A stretch of 49,604 nt of DNA from an uncultured virus (IMG/VR IMGVR_UViG_2049941000_000719) (Duplodnaviria > Heunggongvirae > Uroviricota > Caudoviricetes): the IMG/VR virus record IMGVR_UViG_2049941000_000719; one strand, 5' to 3'. This document shows, piece by piece, positions 18,134-29,423 of this stretch. Made by a program: the position numbers and the translations under genes. Numbering within the stretch: the stretch's first letter is position 1; each line of letters starts with the position of its first letter. The notes beneath the pieces are model-generated. The model did not search any database. It saw only the letters and a list, made by a program, of their open reading frames with translations, and had not been told where the DNA came from.

Positions 18134-18230
18134 CATANNNNNNNNNNAACGCTTGTGTACCTTCGCAGATTGACGATGCCGACGGCAAAATATATCCTTT
18201 ATCGACACTCATCACCTTTTACGGAATAAC

Positions 18231-18512
18231 ATGAACTCACAAACAGAGATATCAGAAAAATCCCCGATAGAGGAGGTGCCGACATACATAAACCTGATAC
18301 GCGGCATCAACCGCCTGAACTTCACGATTACATCCCGGACGGATGCCGCCAAGGACGGAAACGAATTAACCGCCGATGAACTCAGTCAAATTGCACATGA
18401 CATATGCACGCTCTCGGACAAGCTCACCGCGGCACGCAGTCAGGACATTATCTCGATTAATCAAACAATAACTCTCGACNNNNNNNNNNCAGTATTAAAT
18501 AATCTTATTTAA
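18231..18512 (+). CDS. Hypothetical protein (gap at 3' end)
   Basis: First ORF of the plus-strand block. Confidence 0.5.
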   Translation: MNSQTEISEKSPIEEVPTYINLIRGINRLNFTITSRTDAAKDGNELTADELSQIAHDICTLSDKLTAARSQDIISINQTITLDXXXXVLNNLI

Positions 18513-18577
18513 AATTAAATAATATTAAATAACATGACGATCTATTATTATGTGTGCAACAGCACAGGAGTAAAAAA

Positions 18578-18784
18578 ATGTCAATCAAAATGAATCAGGA
18601 AGTATATGCGCATATCCACTCATTGGAAGGAAAGAAGGACAGAGTTACACTTCTTGAAAAGATAGAAGACCCGAAACAGCCGTATTACATCGTCGACTAC
18701 AACGGCAAAAAATGCACGGCAATATTCAATCCTTTTGTGTGGGAATACTATGCGGATGACCTTTACGGAGTTATCGAAGAATAA
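18578..18784 (+). CDS. Small virus-type hypothetical protein
   Basis: AGGAG RBS; CTAIFNPF..YYADDLYG. Confidence 0.7.
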   Translation: MSIKMNQEVYAHIHSLEGKKDRVTLLEKIEDPKQPYYIVDYNGKKCTAIFNPFVWEYYADDLYGVIEE

Positions 18785-18802
18785 CTCCCAAATTTTCAGG
18801 AG

Positions 18803-19360
18803 ATGTTAAAAATGACCAATAAAATCTACTATATCGAAAAATACACAGAATCGTTTAAAGAACTTAACGCAAACAACCCGCGCGAAGAATATACGGATAT
18901 CATCGACAACCTCACGGAAATGAAAAATATCCTCCTGAATGAGATTGCTGTATGGGATTGTGAGGATATCACGGATTTAACCTATTCAATAAGTAAATAT
19001 GAGAGATATCAGCGATACGCAGTAGATGCAATAACGGATCTTATCGATGAAGATGACGGAACCTACACAATCATCCCCGAATATATTCAGAAAGACTTCG
19101 ACGAATACGCGCACCATTCATCCTCCGGATTTGAACCGTTATCAATACAGGCATGTATCTGCGGATGGTCTGAAGACCCGGAGCGCATATGGGATTTCAT
19201 CCCGTGCGCGGATGTCGACGAATATCAAAACGTTTCCGAATTTGTTTATGCGGGAGACAAAAAGGGAAATTACCTGTATTACACATATGACGGAATGCAC
19301 GCCAAGAGCGAGACCGACGATTATTGGCGTGTAGAGAATGTTTTCGGAGATGAAGAATAA
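18803..19360 (+). CDS. Acidic hypothetical protein
   Basis: 185 aa ORF, AGGAG RBS. Confidence 0.7.
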   Translation: MLKMTNKIYYIEKYTESFKELNANNPREEYTDIIDNLTEMKNILLNEIAVWDCEDITDLTYSISKYERYQRYAVDAITDLIDEDDGTYTIIPEYIQKDFDEYAHHSSSGFEPLSIQACICGWSEDPERIWDFIPCADVDEYQNVSEFVYAGDKKGNYLYYTYDGMHAKSETDDYWRVENVFGDEE

Positions 19361-19387
19361 TCCTTCATTTTAAAGGAGAGATTGAAA

Positions 19388-20145
19388 ATGACAATCGAAA
19401 CAATTAAAGCAAGAATTCAGGGGTTATACTTAGTAGTTTTAGNNNNNNNNNNGAAAAAGCACTTGACAAGCTCAGAAAAAAGATGGAAAGAATACTTGCC
19501 GCACAAGCGAGCGGATGGACAAAAAACCCCTATTATTACAGAGAGAGCGATATTAAGAGCACACAGAGAGAAATCGATGCCGCCCAGACAGCTCTTGCCA
19601 AATACAAAGCTGACCTGAAAACTGAGATTGAAAAGGAAAACAACCGCAACATCAAAGTATTAATCGATTTCCTTGAAAAATGGAAGAAGGATTGTATTGT
19701 TTACTTCAAAAGTGAAAGACAAAAATACATCGCCGATTATGAGAATTACAGAAAACGGGAACATGCATACATACAAAAATGGAATAAACACGATCTGAAA
19801 GGTGAGGCATTAAAGGCATTTGAAGATGATTACTACAAATATAAAGAGAATTTTATTAAGAAATGGAATCATGTAACACAATTCAACCACGGGTCAAGAT
19901 CATGGGAAGAAAATCTTGAAAGAGATTTGGAAATTGAGAAGAACCGCAAATACCACGACATCGTAGACAGGACAAATAAAATCGTGGGTCAGATTACGGA
20001 TGTTTCAATGCTGAGAATAAACCCAAAAGGAAACCTCGACGGCATCATCACAGGAACACGGGGTAAAGCAAGTGTTGAAACAATCGGTGCCGGAGGATAT
20101 AATATTCAGGCATTCCATTTCAGAACATTGATTCATGAAATCTGA
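19388..20145 (+). CDS. Phage-type coiled-coil hypothetical protein (gap near start)
   Basis: C-terminal VETIGAGGYNIQAFHFRTL. Confidence 0.7.
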
Positions 20146-20176
20146 ATCCCAAATCCATTTTCAGGAGGAAATCAAA

Positions 20177-21811
20177 ATGACATCGGATGAAATCAAAGCC
20201 CAAAAACTCATCGAAAAACTGCACGAAGAATATGTGGATATAAACAGCAAAGACATATCCAATCTTGACAAAGACTACGCATTCCGCGACATCTGGTTTA
20301 ACAGATTTGCATACCCCGCAGATGGTCTTGACCGTCTGAACCATCATTATGTAATCGCACACTATGAGGTCATGCGCTTATCGCTGTTAAGCGGCAACGA
20401 CGTTGAATACCGCATATATGACTGCAAAAAATACAAACTGTCTGACGGCAAAGAAAAGAGAGGATCCTAAAAATGACAGCCGAAGAAACTCAAAAAATTA
20501 TCAAACAGATTGAAGATGGTTTTGAGGATATTCGTGATAATGACAATCACGGATATTATCTGTTTTGGGACATTTCTCAACTGTCCGAAGAAATAAACAC
20601 AGAACTTCAACATTCATATTTATCCCGGAAAATCACCAAAGATGAAGTCANNNNNNNNNNCATGGATGAAGTTATAGACATACACATCAAGGAGAATTAA
20701 AATGTATATTCTGGTTTACGGATATGATAAGGTCAGCGCGCCGCATGTCATCTTTACGGAAGATGATATCGGCAACGTCTCACGTGAACGTCTCGACACC
20801 CCCAGACAGTTGAATGAGGGAGAAAACCCTATCGGATATTACGTCTTGGGATGCGGTGAAACCCGCAAAGACGCATATGACTACATGATTAAAACAGATT
20901 CGTTCATGGATCTTCAATGGCTGTATGATGCCCCGGATTTTGAATGTGACATGCTTGATACATACGATGACATGTCGGTTCTCGACAACACGACCGGGTA
21001 TTACTTCCTCAAAATCGACGATGACTTTTACGAATGGCTCAGTAACAGCTCATATTACGGATATTCCGCAATCGAGATGGTTGACCTGAATGACTGGTAT
21101 GACAGATTTTTGAAAAAATTGGTATATGACCAATGGGATTGCCCGGAGGCATACGAACATGATTCGGAGGAACGGGTATGATTAAAGAAACACCTAAACT
21201 CAGTGGGTTTGGATATTTTGNNNNNNNNNNCATTAACACAATCAGACATCTCCGAGGAGATAAAGGATCTCGAAATAAAGCTGAGAAAAGTATCGGAATT
21301 ATTCTGTGAAAAACACAGAATTATGGAATGTGCATATCAGAATAAGGATTTCGCCAGAAAAACAGGCTTGACTGAAGGAGATTTATTTCTCCTGAGTTAT
21401 CTGGATACCGCGTCCTATAAACTCCTGTGTATGCATACATCGTTGATGAACATCCTCACTACAAACAAGGATATTTACGAAGACCTGACACAGATATTGA
21501 ATGCCGGAGAAGACACCGAGGAGGAAATGTGAATGTTTAATCAGGAAGATTACAATGAATCAATTGTCGATGCAGATCGCGCAACACTCAACTATATCAC
21601 AAAGAACAACGATAAAACCGGACATGAAGGTTGTGTATATCTCAAAATCGAGGATTGTTCCGATATAGCTATGGATTGGTTCAAAAACAAATTCTCACAA
21701 TCCAGTCATGGAAAGTGCTTTGTAGAGGTGTATGTTCCGCCCGAATACATCAAAGAAGTAAAAGAGATTATGTTAAAATTAATAGAATATGAACAGGAAA
21801 GTGGTTGGTAA
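20177..21811 (+). CDS. Five coupled acidic hypothetical ORFs
   Basis: Abutting ORFs near 20177, 20473, 20702, 21203, 21533 with GGAG RBSs. Confidence 0.6.
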
Positions 21812-22188
21812 TTATGGGAGAAGAGAATAACTAACCCACAACCTGAAACATAAAAACTAAAGAGGTGTTTATAATGAATTATGATGATATGAAATCAATC
21901 GTAGTAACATATGTTTTCTATTTCATTGTTCTCGNNNNNNNNNNGAATAGGCATGAGTCTCATAGTATATGGGGTAAATTTATTCTTCCCATCCGATTTC
22001 CCATCCGACATGGCGGTTGAAATCCCGTTGTACTCAGCTTTGATTACTGCCGCATTACTATCCGTAATCTTCACAGCAGTGTCTCTTTCCCCGATTAGAG
22101 GTGATTGAAATGAACACAGATAATTCAGAATACATCGACATCTGCTGAATGCCGGGAATGACAGATACAACGACAGATAAGTGATACA

Positions 22189-22467
22189 ATGACAGATGAC
22201 ATAGAAGAAGAGATACCCGTAAAACTGAAGAAAAAAATTGTTACCGTGTATGTGCCCGTCGAAATCATCAACGAGGCAAGAGCGCGCGGCATTAACATAA
22301 GCAAAGCGGCATCTGACGGGATACTGCTTGCGATAAGAGGAGATATGGAATATCAGAAATTGTTTATGAATCCCGATATTCTGAAATGCCCGATTAAAGA
22401 GGATGAGAAAGGAACAATCGATGAGGAGTCCTCGGATGATGAAGAACACACGGAGGAGACACCATGA
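22189..22467 (+). CDS. RHH / CcdA-like DNA-binding protein
   Basis: VTVYVPVEIINEARARGINISKAA fits the CcdA-family ribbon-helix-helix pattern. Confidence 0.65.
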   Translation: MTDDIEEEIPVKLKKKIVTVYVPVEIINEARARGINISKAASDGILLAIRGDMEYQKLFMNPDILKCPIKEDEKGTIDEESSDDEEHTEETP

Positions 22468-23259
22468 GTTCAATCAATGTACCCTACTACTCAAGACGCA
22501 TTCAGATTATACTCGCAAAACCAAGCAACGCTTATACCAGACACGGAGTCACATTTAACACCATAATTAAATTACCTGCAATAATGGAGGCTGACAAAGT
22601 ATATCTGATTACAAACTGTCAGAAATATGTATCAAACTTTATAGACGCTACACAAACACGCATATCCGAGTCCAGAAAGGNNNNNNNNNNNNNNNNNNNN
22701 NNNNNNNNNNNNNNNNNNNNNNNNNNNNNNNGAAGTAATTCGCGGTTCATACACTGAGGATTTGTATTATGCGATAGGGATATTACGCAGAATTATTGAG
22801 TCCGAACGCGGAAATCAGATATTCATAAATCTTCCATACAGTTCACACATCTGGATAGCCGCGGGGATCATTGCAACAATGCTGTTCTCGGATGACGACA
22901 AAAAAACAGAGATTATTCCGTATTATCTGACGGGGGATTCTGAAGTTAGAACTATTCCTATCGAATTCGGCATTCAAAAACCATCCGAGGAGATATTGGA
23001 TGCTCTGTCAGCACTTGTCGAGATAAAAAACACAGGTGACAAAATTACAAAAACGGTGTTGATTAAATCCCTTATCGGGAAAGGATGTAAATTGCCGGAC
23101 GAAAGCTCACCCACAGCCGCAACCCACAATATGGTTCAGCGAAAATACCTTGACCCGCTTATGGAATTAGGTTATATTGTCTCGTCCGGTTCTGACAGAC
23201 GAAAAGAGTATTCAATTACGGAAAAAGGCATGAATGCATTACACAGCTTAAAAGAATAA
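22464..23259 (+). CDS. DUF6293 / HFX_2341-like CARF-fold plus wHTH regulator (split by gap)
   Basis: LPAIMEADKVYLI, RRIIESERGNQIFINL, PYY, ITKTVL..LDPLMELGYI..YSITEKGMNAL. Confidence 0.75.
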
Positions 23260-23273
23260 AAGAGGAAAGAAAA

Positions 23274-24034
23274 ATGACCGAAAACAAAGTTAACGCAGAT
23301 ATTACAGNNNNNNNNNNATTATTGCAAAAACATCGAAAAGACGCTGACCAAAATTAACGAGAGTATTGCATATCTCAAACAGAACTTTGAAAGTATGGAA
23401 CATAAGAAGATTATTTTAGGACAGCTTATGTCGATAAACAAAAATTTGGAGAACGTCGATGATGAAATCCGATTTATCTGCAAAGATCAGCAGAAAGTAT
23501 TTGAGTGGAGATANNNNNNNNNNNNNNNNNNNNNNNNNNNNNNNNNNNNNNNNNNNNNNNNNNNNNNNNNNNNNNNNNNNNNNNNNNNNNNNNNNNNNNN
23601 NNNNNNNNNNNNNNNNNNNNNNNNNNNNNNNNNNNNNNNNNNNNNNNNNNNNNGATGAAATTGCCGGAAATATGTATGAGGAATTGTATAAGGTAAATTA
23701 TGCAATTATTAAACCTATTCAATCCGAAATTAACAAGAGTATATCTTCCGAATACCCATTTACACACAATGATTTGATACTCTCTATAAATCGTGAATAT
23801 TCGGGATTAGAAAGCCGTTGCGGTGATTTTATGCAGGATGCGGTAACCAGTACGCCTTTATCAAAATATCTTGCAAATAAATTGGTAATGGACGTATCCG
23901 ACAATATATGGGGTAAAATCTCGGATTGGAAACATGATCTGATTAATTTGATAGAATCGGACATAGAGAACCTGTGCGGGTTTACTCACGGAGATATGCC
24001 GGGAGATGAAGTCGGAACGGCAGAGGGAGAATGA
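23274..24034 (+). CDS. Coiled-coil hypothetical protein(s), gapped
   Basis: Open frames either side of gaps. Confidence 0.45.
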
Positions 24035-24040
24035 CAAAAA

Positions 24041-24400
24041 ATGTCATTTTGGGCAGTAATTAATAGCGATAACAGGATACGGGGCACGGGATTCAATGCA
24101 TTCAGCGCATTAATCAGCGCAAATACCATCGATACCGACAATTATGATTTACCTGACCTTGACGATATCCCAAAAACGGGGATGATACACACCATCGCCG
24201 AATTAAAAGCAGGACTGGAAGGAACACCTTACAGATTTGAAAGAATTACAAAGGATGAATATTGGGAATTCGAGAATCAGAACGGAGAAAAAACCAATCT
24301 TATTTGCTGTATTGATGAATATCTTAAAGATGAGATGAAAAATAAGAGTGAAAAAGAAAAGAGAATATTTGTAAACGGTATTGTGCGCAGATTTTTCTGA
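24041..24400 (+). CDS. Hypothetical protein
   Basis: 119 aa ORF ending the plus-strand block. Confidence 0.6.
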   Translation: MSFWAVINSDNRIRGTGFNAFSALISANTIDTDNYDLPDLDDIPKTGMIHTIAELKAGLEGTPYRFERITKDEYWEFENQNGEKTNLICCIDEYLKDEMKNKSEKEKRIFVNGIVRRFF

Positions 24401-24821
24401 ACACAATCCCTNNNNNNNNNNNNNNNNNNNNNNNNNNNNNNNNNNNNNNNNNNNNNNNNNNNNNNNNNNNNNNNNNNNNNNNNNNNNNNNNNNNNNNNNN
24501 NNNNNNNNNNNNNNNNNNNNNNNNNNNNNNNNNNNNNNNNNNNNNNNNNNNNNNNNNNNNNNNNNNNNNNNNNNNNNNNNNNNNNNNNNNNNNNNNNNNN
24601 NNNNNNNNNNNNNNNNNNNNNNNNNNNNNNNNNNNNNNNNNNNNNNNNNNNNNNNNNNNNNNNNNNNNNNNNNNNNNNNNNNNNNNNNNNNNNNNNNNNN
24701 NNNNNNNNNNNNNNNNNNNNNNNNNNNNNNNNNNNNNNNNNNNNNNNNNNNNNNNNNNNNNNNNNNNNNNNNNNNNNNNNNNNNNNNNNNNNNNNNNNNN
24801 NNNNNNNNNNNNNNNNNNNNN

Positions 24822-25885
24822 GACAATTTGTTATATCCTGTGCAAATTAATCTATTAAGTCCGAGATTATGAAAATTTTTGATGAAATACCGCGTAAAAT
24901 TAGAACTATAAGGATTATCGCAATTACAATACACCGTCTTATCTTTAAAATACTTTGAATAATGTGATAATTCTTTTACAATATCGTTGTATTGTGTATA
25001 AAACTCATCATCTTTATTTTTTTGCGCGACAATTAAATTTGAATTATTTGCCATATCTCTCACCTAAAAAAGTATGATATATTTATTCAATCAGNNNNNN
25101 NNNNGATTTAAAATCACCATTGCCTAAAAGATATTTGGTATTTACCTCAATAAACTCATTCAATTTTATCTCAGATATATAAAAGACATCGATAGGAACC
25201 AATTTTCTTACTACATCGAGTATATAACCANNNNNNNNNNAATTTACACAAAGGAACAATCTTTCCAGAATCTATATTCAAAGAAGTAATCCATCGTGCA
25301 TTACCAAATTTCTTAAGAGTTTGTTCGGGGGGGGGCGAACAAAAGATATGCTTTTGATATTTGAATAATTACTTATTTTGACCTGTCCAGTTGATATATA
25401 TGGCAACACAACAGGATAACCCAAATGAATTATTAATGTAATAAGTATCAATTCCTTATTATACTTCATTAGTAATTCAAAATAATCAATAAATTTGGAA
25501 AAAGGAGGGTTTGTTACTACTATATCCGATTCTTTCAAATATGAANNNNNNNNNNCACCCAATTTGAGAGATTTGTCTGCACATCCGTGTTCAAATTATT
25601 TACCTGATAATCCTCCCAGTTCATGACACTGTTTTGAGAATTTTGAGAGATGCCATCGGCATTCCCGGCACCGCGACGGCGGATTAATAATCTTGCAAAA
25701 ATATTCTTATTTTTTATACACAAATCCGTTCGTAAAAAATCAATTATTTCAAATAAATCTGGATTATGATAATCAAGATAGGACATAGGAACTCCGATTA
25801 TACCATTATAATCAGGAATTTCACTTAAACGATTTACATTGATTATATCTGGATATCCATCATATGATTGATACTTATTTATGAG
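24822..25885 (-). CDS. EcoRI-family adenine DNA methyltransferase, in four out-of-order blocks with a C9 frameshift
   Basis: KDDEFYTQ..VYCNCDNP..SNF (24822-25054); LLGNGDFKS (25105-25230); DIVVTNPPFS (25241-25545); YDGYPDIINVN..GVPMSYLD..ARLLIRR (about 25670-25885). Confidence 0.8.
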
Positions 25886-25895
25886 NNNNNNNNNN

Positions 25896-26884
25896 TTCAG
25901 AATCGGGGGTTGATTAGGGATTCTTTCAAAGTTTAAGACCCCGAATTCTATGTTTTGTTCTTCAATCACTGCCTGCCCTACGTCATCCAATGACCGCAAA
26001 AGCCGGAGTTGTACCATGGAATTCTTGGGGAGAGACCCCGGAAACCAAATTCGGATTGGTAAACGCTCTTTTACACGGTAATCCAAAAGATTATCGTCAT
26101 GTGTGCTCCCGAAGACCGAAATATTATTTTTACGGAAGTGAATCATCGATTTCGCGAAATTACCCGTCAAATGGAACAATTTACCTGCCGGATAGGAGGG
26201 GGTCACCGTGTGCAGTTCATCCAGAATGATTGTCACATGCCGCCCTTGGGTCTCCTCAAGGAGAGTGTTGCAGAACTCGAACCACCAACTCGGAGGAGGG
26301 GCAAGAACTCCTTCACTCGGAACATCCTTGAGACACTGTAATTCCTGCTGAGCAAGCGTTTTCAGGATGCTTTCGCCCAAGTAGTATTCCGACGGTTCGT
26401 AAACCACATTTATACCCCCGATACGCATATGTTCCATAAGGTCGACAGGGGATTTGTAATGTTTTATCGTTAAATCATGGTTGATTTTTCTTTTTTTACC
26501 GAGAGAGACCTCCGTAAAAGTATAGTCGTCATTTTCATGTACATGAACCATGAGGGGCTTAGACCGCCCGTATTTGGGGAAAGACTTCTTCCAATTTTTG
26601 GGAATAAGGCAATTCCAGTGGTCATCACTCATTCCGCGGAGAATAACGGTCTCCGGGTCGGTATCTATCGATTTGAGAGCGTCCTTATCAAATTTTCGGA
26701 GATCGTGTTTTGAAACTCCGTAGGGGAGAGACCGGGTAAACTGCGCGCACTGCATAAGCAATGTAGATTTGCCGTGACCGAAAGCCCCTATAAGGTCGCA
26801 GAATGTCCCGCCCGTGCCGCAGATACCGTCATCATGTATGAGAAGATTTTCCCACAATTTCTGAGCGTGACGCGGATCAATCAT
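25896..26884 (-). CDS. P-loop ATPase, possibly FtsK/HerA-superfamily packaging or assembly type
   Basis: Walker A GAFGHGKST, Walker B VTIILDE, FRKNNISVFGSTH; C-terminus at gap. Confidence 0.75.
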
Positions 26885-27368
26885 CGTCGTCGTCTCCCGA
26901 ACCCTTGCCGCCCGGTGATATCAGATGATATGTCGCACTCCACCTTTCCGAGTCGACATCTATGAACTCATGAACAAACGCAAGTTCTGACAGGTTTTCT
27001 GCAATCTCAATCGCATATTGTTCCGCCGCGATCCATGTGTCGCGACGTGAAAAACTTTCATACGCTTTATACAGATAATTTTTGGTTTTTATGAGTTTAT
27101 CCGCCGAATTAAACTCATCCTCTTTCATAATTTTTGGCACGCTTTTCTGTTTTTCGCGATTGTAAACCATAACTATTTGTACCTTCCCCGTAGACACAAG
27201 CGCGCTCCTGATAGCAGAATACAACATTGTCAGGAAGGATAATTTCAAGTGTATGTCTGCCGATCCTATGCATAAAAGATAGATTTCCGAGATAGCTTCT
27301 TTCTGTTTTGAGGATATTTCCTTCTGAGACGATGCTTTTTTTGTCGTTTTTGCAGTTTTTCCTTTCAT
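26877..27368 (-). CDS. Hypothetical protein coupled to the ATPase
   Basis: Overlaps ATPase start; K-rich N-terminus. Confidence 0.7.
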   Translation of the reverse strand: MKGKTAKTTKKASSQKEISSKQKEAISEIYLLCIGSADIHLKLSFLTMLYSAIRSALVSTGKVQIVMVYNREKQKSVPKIMKEDEFNSADKLIKTKNYLYKAYESFSRRDTWIAAEQYAIEIAENLSELAFVHEFIDVDSERWSATYHLISPGGKGSGDDDDD

Positions 27369-27508
27369 TATAGGAAGTTTTAGTAAGAAGGTATTGAAAT
27401 AAATACATTANNNNNNNNNNNNNNNNNNNNNNNNNNNNNNNNNNNNNNNNNNNNNNNNNNNNNNNNNNNNNNNNNNNNNNNNNNNNNNNNNNNNNNNNNN
27501 NNNNNNTC

Positions 27509-27811
27509 AGGTTATCTGCACTGGATGATCGGGTCGCATCAGCTCTACAAGATTGTGTTAACTCCAACGGCGGGGCATGTTGGATAACAAGTGCTGAACT
27601 GCTCAGCGCTTATCCTGATATACGTGCTCACCATACAGCTGTTACACATGCTTTACGCAGGTTGATGCAAAATTCATCAGCAACAATTGCAGATTACAGT
27701 ATATCTGTCCGGTCAAGCACGCAACAGCAGAGTCAGAGCAAAAAGAGCCATAATTACAGAACGGTTTTTAGAATAACCTCCATTGTCAAGCAACAGCAAG
27801 AGAATACGTAA
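27509..27811 (+). CDS. Possible wHTH protein, start in gap
   Basis: Read manually, 100 codons open: WITSAELLSAYPDIRAHHTAVTHALRRL..YRTVFRI. Confidence 0.45.
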   Translation, partial: RLSALDDRVASALQDCVNSNGGACWITSAELLSAYPDIRAHHTAVTHALRRLMQNSSATIADYSISVRSSTQQQSQSKKSHNYRTVFRITSIVKQQQENT

Positions 27812-28120
27812 CAAAGTGTTTTCATCACAGTCATAAGCTCCGAACAAATAATTTCATCACATGGAGAAAAGGGGATGGGAGTTTCCTCACCCCTATTATC
27901 TGTGTGGACAGCGATAGAGCGTTTCTATTGGTCTTTTTTGATGTGAAAGGTATAATCATATGTCTGAGTATAAGAAACGGGCACAGAATCAATCTATGAA
28001 GANNNNNNNNNNCGGATATGAAATTTTAGAGAACTGCGTAATGTTAATACCGTTTATCACCTGAAAATTGAAGTGAACATATTGCAGTTTTACAAACTAC
28101 AATAACAAGAGAGAAACAAG

Positions 28121-28966
28121 ATGGATATTATTACAATTTTGTATCTGATATCGAGTGTCATTGTATTACTGAACCTGACCTTTGCCGCATATCTGGATAT
28201 CAAATATCGTCGGGTGCCGTTTCAGGCATGGTACCCGATGCTGATATTCTGCACCCCGCTTTCAGGGTTGTTTTATGCACAATCCATACTCACAAATTCG
28301 TATTTTGTAGTATATATCGGGCTTGTGATTATGTTTTGCGCGGCATTCTATATAATTTCGCGATACATGAAGACCCTTGGGGGCGCGGATGCATGGGCTT
28401 TGATATTTGTTACCTTATTTGTCCCGATTTTACCCCCCGCAACATTGGTTCCCGTTGCCACATCTTCGACAATAACCNNNNNNNNNNTTTTCCCGATTGC
28501 CGTAATTGTCTGCTTTGTAATTGCCGTGTGCGCTGTTCCGGCAGGTCTGTTGATACAGAACCTTATCAAGGGAGAAAAAGCCCCGTTACTCTACCTTCTG
28601 ACATGTCAGCACATCTCCGCCGAGGACATCCCCAACAAAATCGGATTCATCATGGAGAATATCACAGTTTCCGATGCTGAAGAGGGGGAGAGGGGCTGTG
28701 AGTCCGCAGATAAGAGAGAGGGGGATAGAGGGGGATACACACACACATATCTTAAGACCGCGGATTTTATAAAGAGAATTTTGAAAAAAGACCTCAAATA
28801 TCACACAAAATATCTCATAAACCATATAGAGGTTTATGAGGAAAAGATGACAAATTATTCAAAAGCCGGGGAAATTTGGATAACATACACCATACCGCTG
28901 ATACTGCCGATGACGGCAGGTTATGTAATGGCATATATTGCCGGATATATCCTGTTATTTAACTGA
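28121..28966 (+). CDS. Archaeal A24 prepilin/prearchaellin peptidase (FlaK/PibD-like)
   Basis: AYLDIKYRRVP (first Asp), GGAD (GxGD-type), multiple TMs, C-terminal IWITYTIPLILPMTAG. Confidence 0.9.
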   Translation: MDIITILYLISSVIVLLNLTFAAYLDIKYRRVPFQAWYPMLIFCTPLSGLFYAQSILTNSYFVVYIGLVIMFCAAFYIISRYMKTLGGADAWALIFVTLFVPILPPATLVPVATSSTITXXXXFPIAVIVCFVIAVCAVPAGLLIQNLIKGEKAPLLYLLTCQHISAEDIPNKIGFIMENITVSDAEEGERGCESADKREGDRGGYTHTYLKTADFIKRILKKDLKYHTKYLINHIEVYEEKMTNYSKAGEIWITYTIPLILPMTAGYVMAYIAGYILLFN

Positions 28967-29000
28967 TTTAAAAAAGAGTGGTTGTAAGATAACTGTTCAG

Positions 29001-29423
29001 TTATCCTTTAAGAGCAAGGTATGTGCGTTTAATCAATCCAAATGCCTGATACAAAGCACGTGCCTGAACGTCTAACCAATCTTCACTTACATTAGGTCTG
29101 CGGTATCTACCTTCGTTTCTCTTGACTTTTTTTAACTCAGAAGGTGTACAAAGTATTGGGGCGATATCCCAATCATAAATCAAAGAATTGCCATTCCAAG
29201 AATATTCTTTCCAATCTCTTGACCCATTGAGCAACATTTTTTCTAAAATACGTATATCGGACACTTTATCCGACATTTTGATGTTCNNNNNNNNNNATTT
29301 CCAATCAAAGTCGGAAAGAAGCATCAGTGCATATTCTCTAACCCCCTTTTCCCATGCAGAACGGGGTTTAAACGACTTTACACCTTTGATTAATTGACCG
29401 TATGTAACCATGATATCACTCAA
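29001..29423 (-). CDS. Phage-type hypothetical protein
   Basis: SAWEKGV..LLNG..YSW..LCTPSELKK..EDWLDVQARAL. Confidence 0.75.
   Translation of the reverse strand: MSDIMVTYGQLIKGVKSFKPRSAWEKGVREYALMLLSDFDWKXXXXNIKMSDKVSDIRILEKMLLNGSRDWKEYSWNGNSLIYDWDIAPILCTPSELKKVKRNEGRYRRPNVSEDWLDVQARALYQAFGLIKRTYLALKG

Noticed and set aside
19126..19138. 13-nt match to tRNA T-arm as an att core
   Set aside because: Short, inside an intact ORF, no boundary signal
19423..19442. 20-nt exact copy of 12934-12953
   Set aside because: Abuts an N gap and interrupts a gene start; likely misassembly
25535..26884. ATPase-methyltransferase fusion (449 aa ORF)
   Set aside because: Junction is exactly a 10-N gap and the tail belongs to the scrambled EcoRI-family MTase
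28680..28748. GA/CA-rich tract in the peptidase as a phase-variable site
   Set aside because: Imperfect repeat with the frame intact
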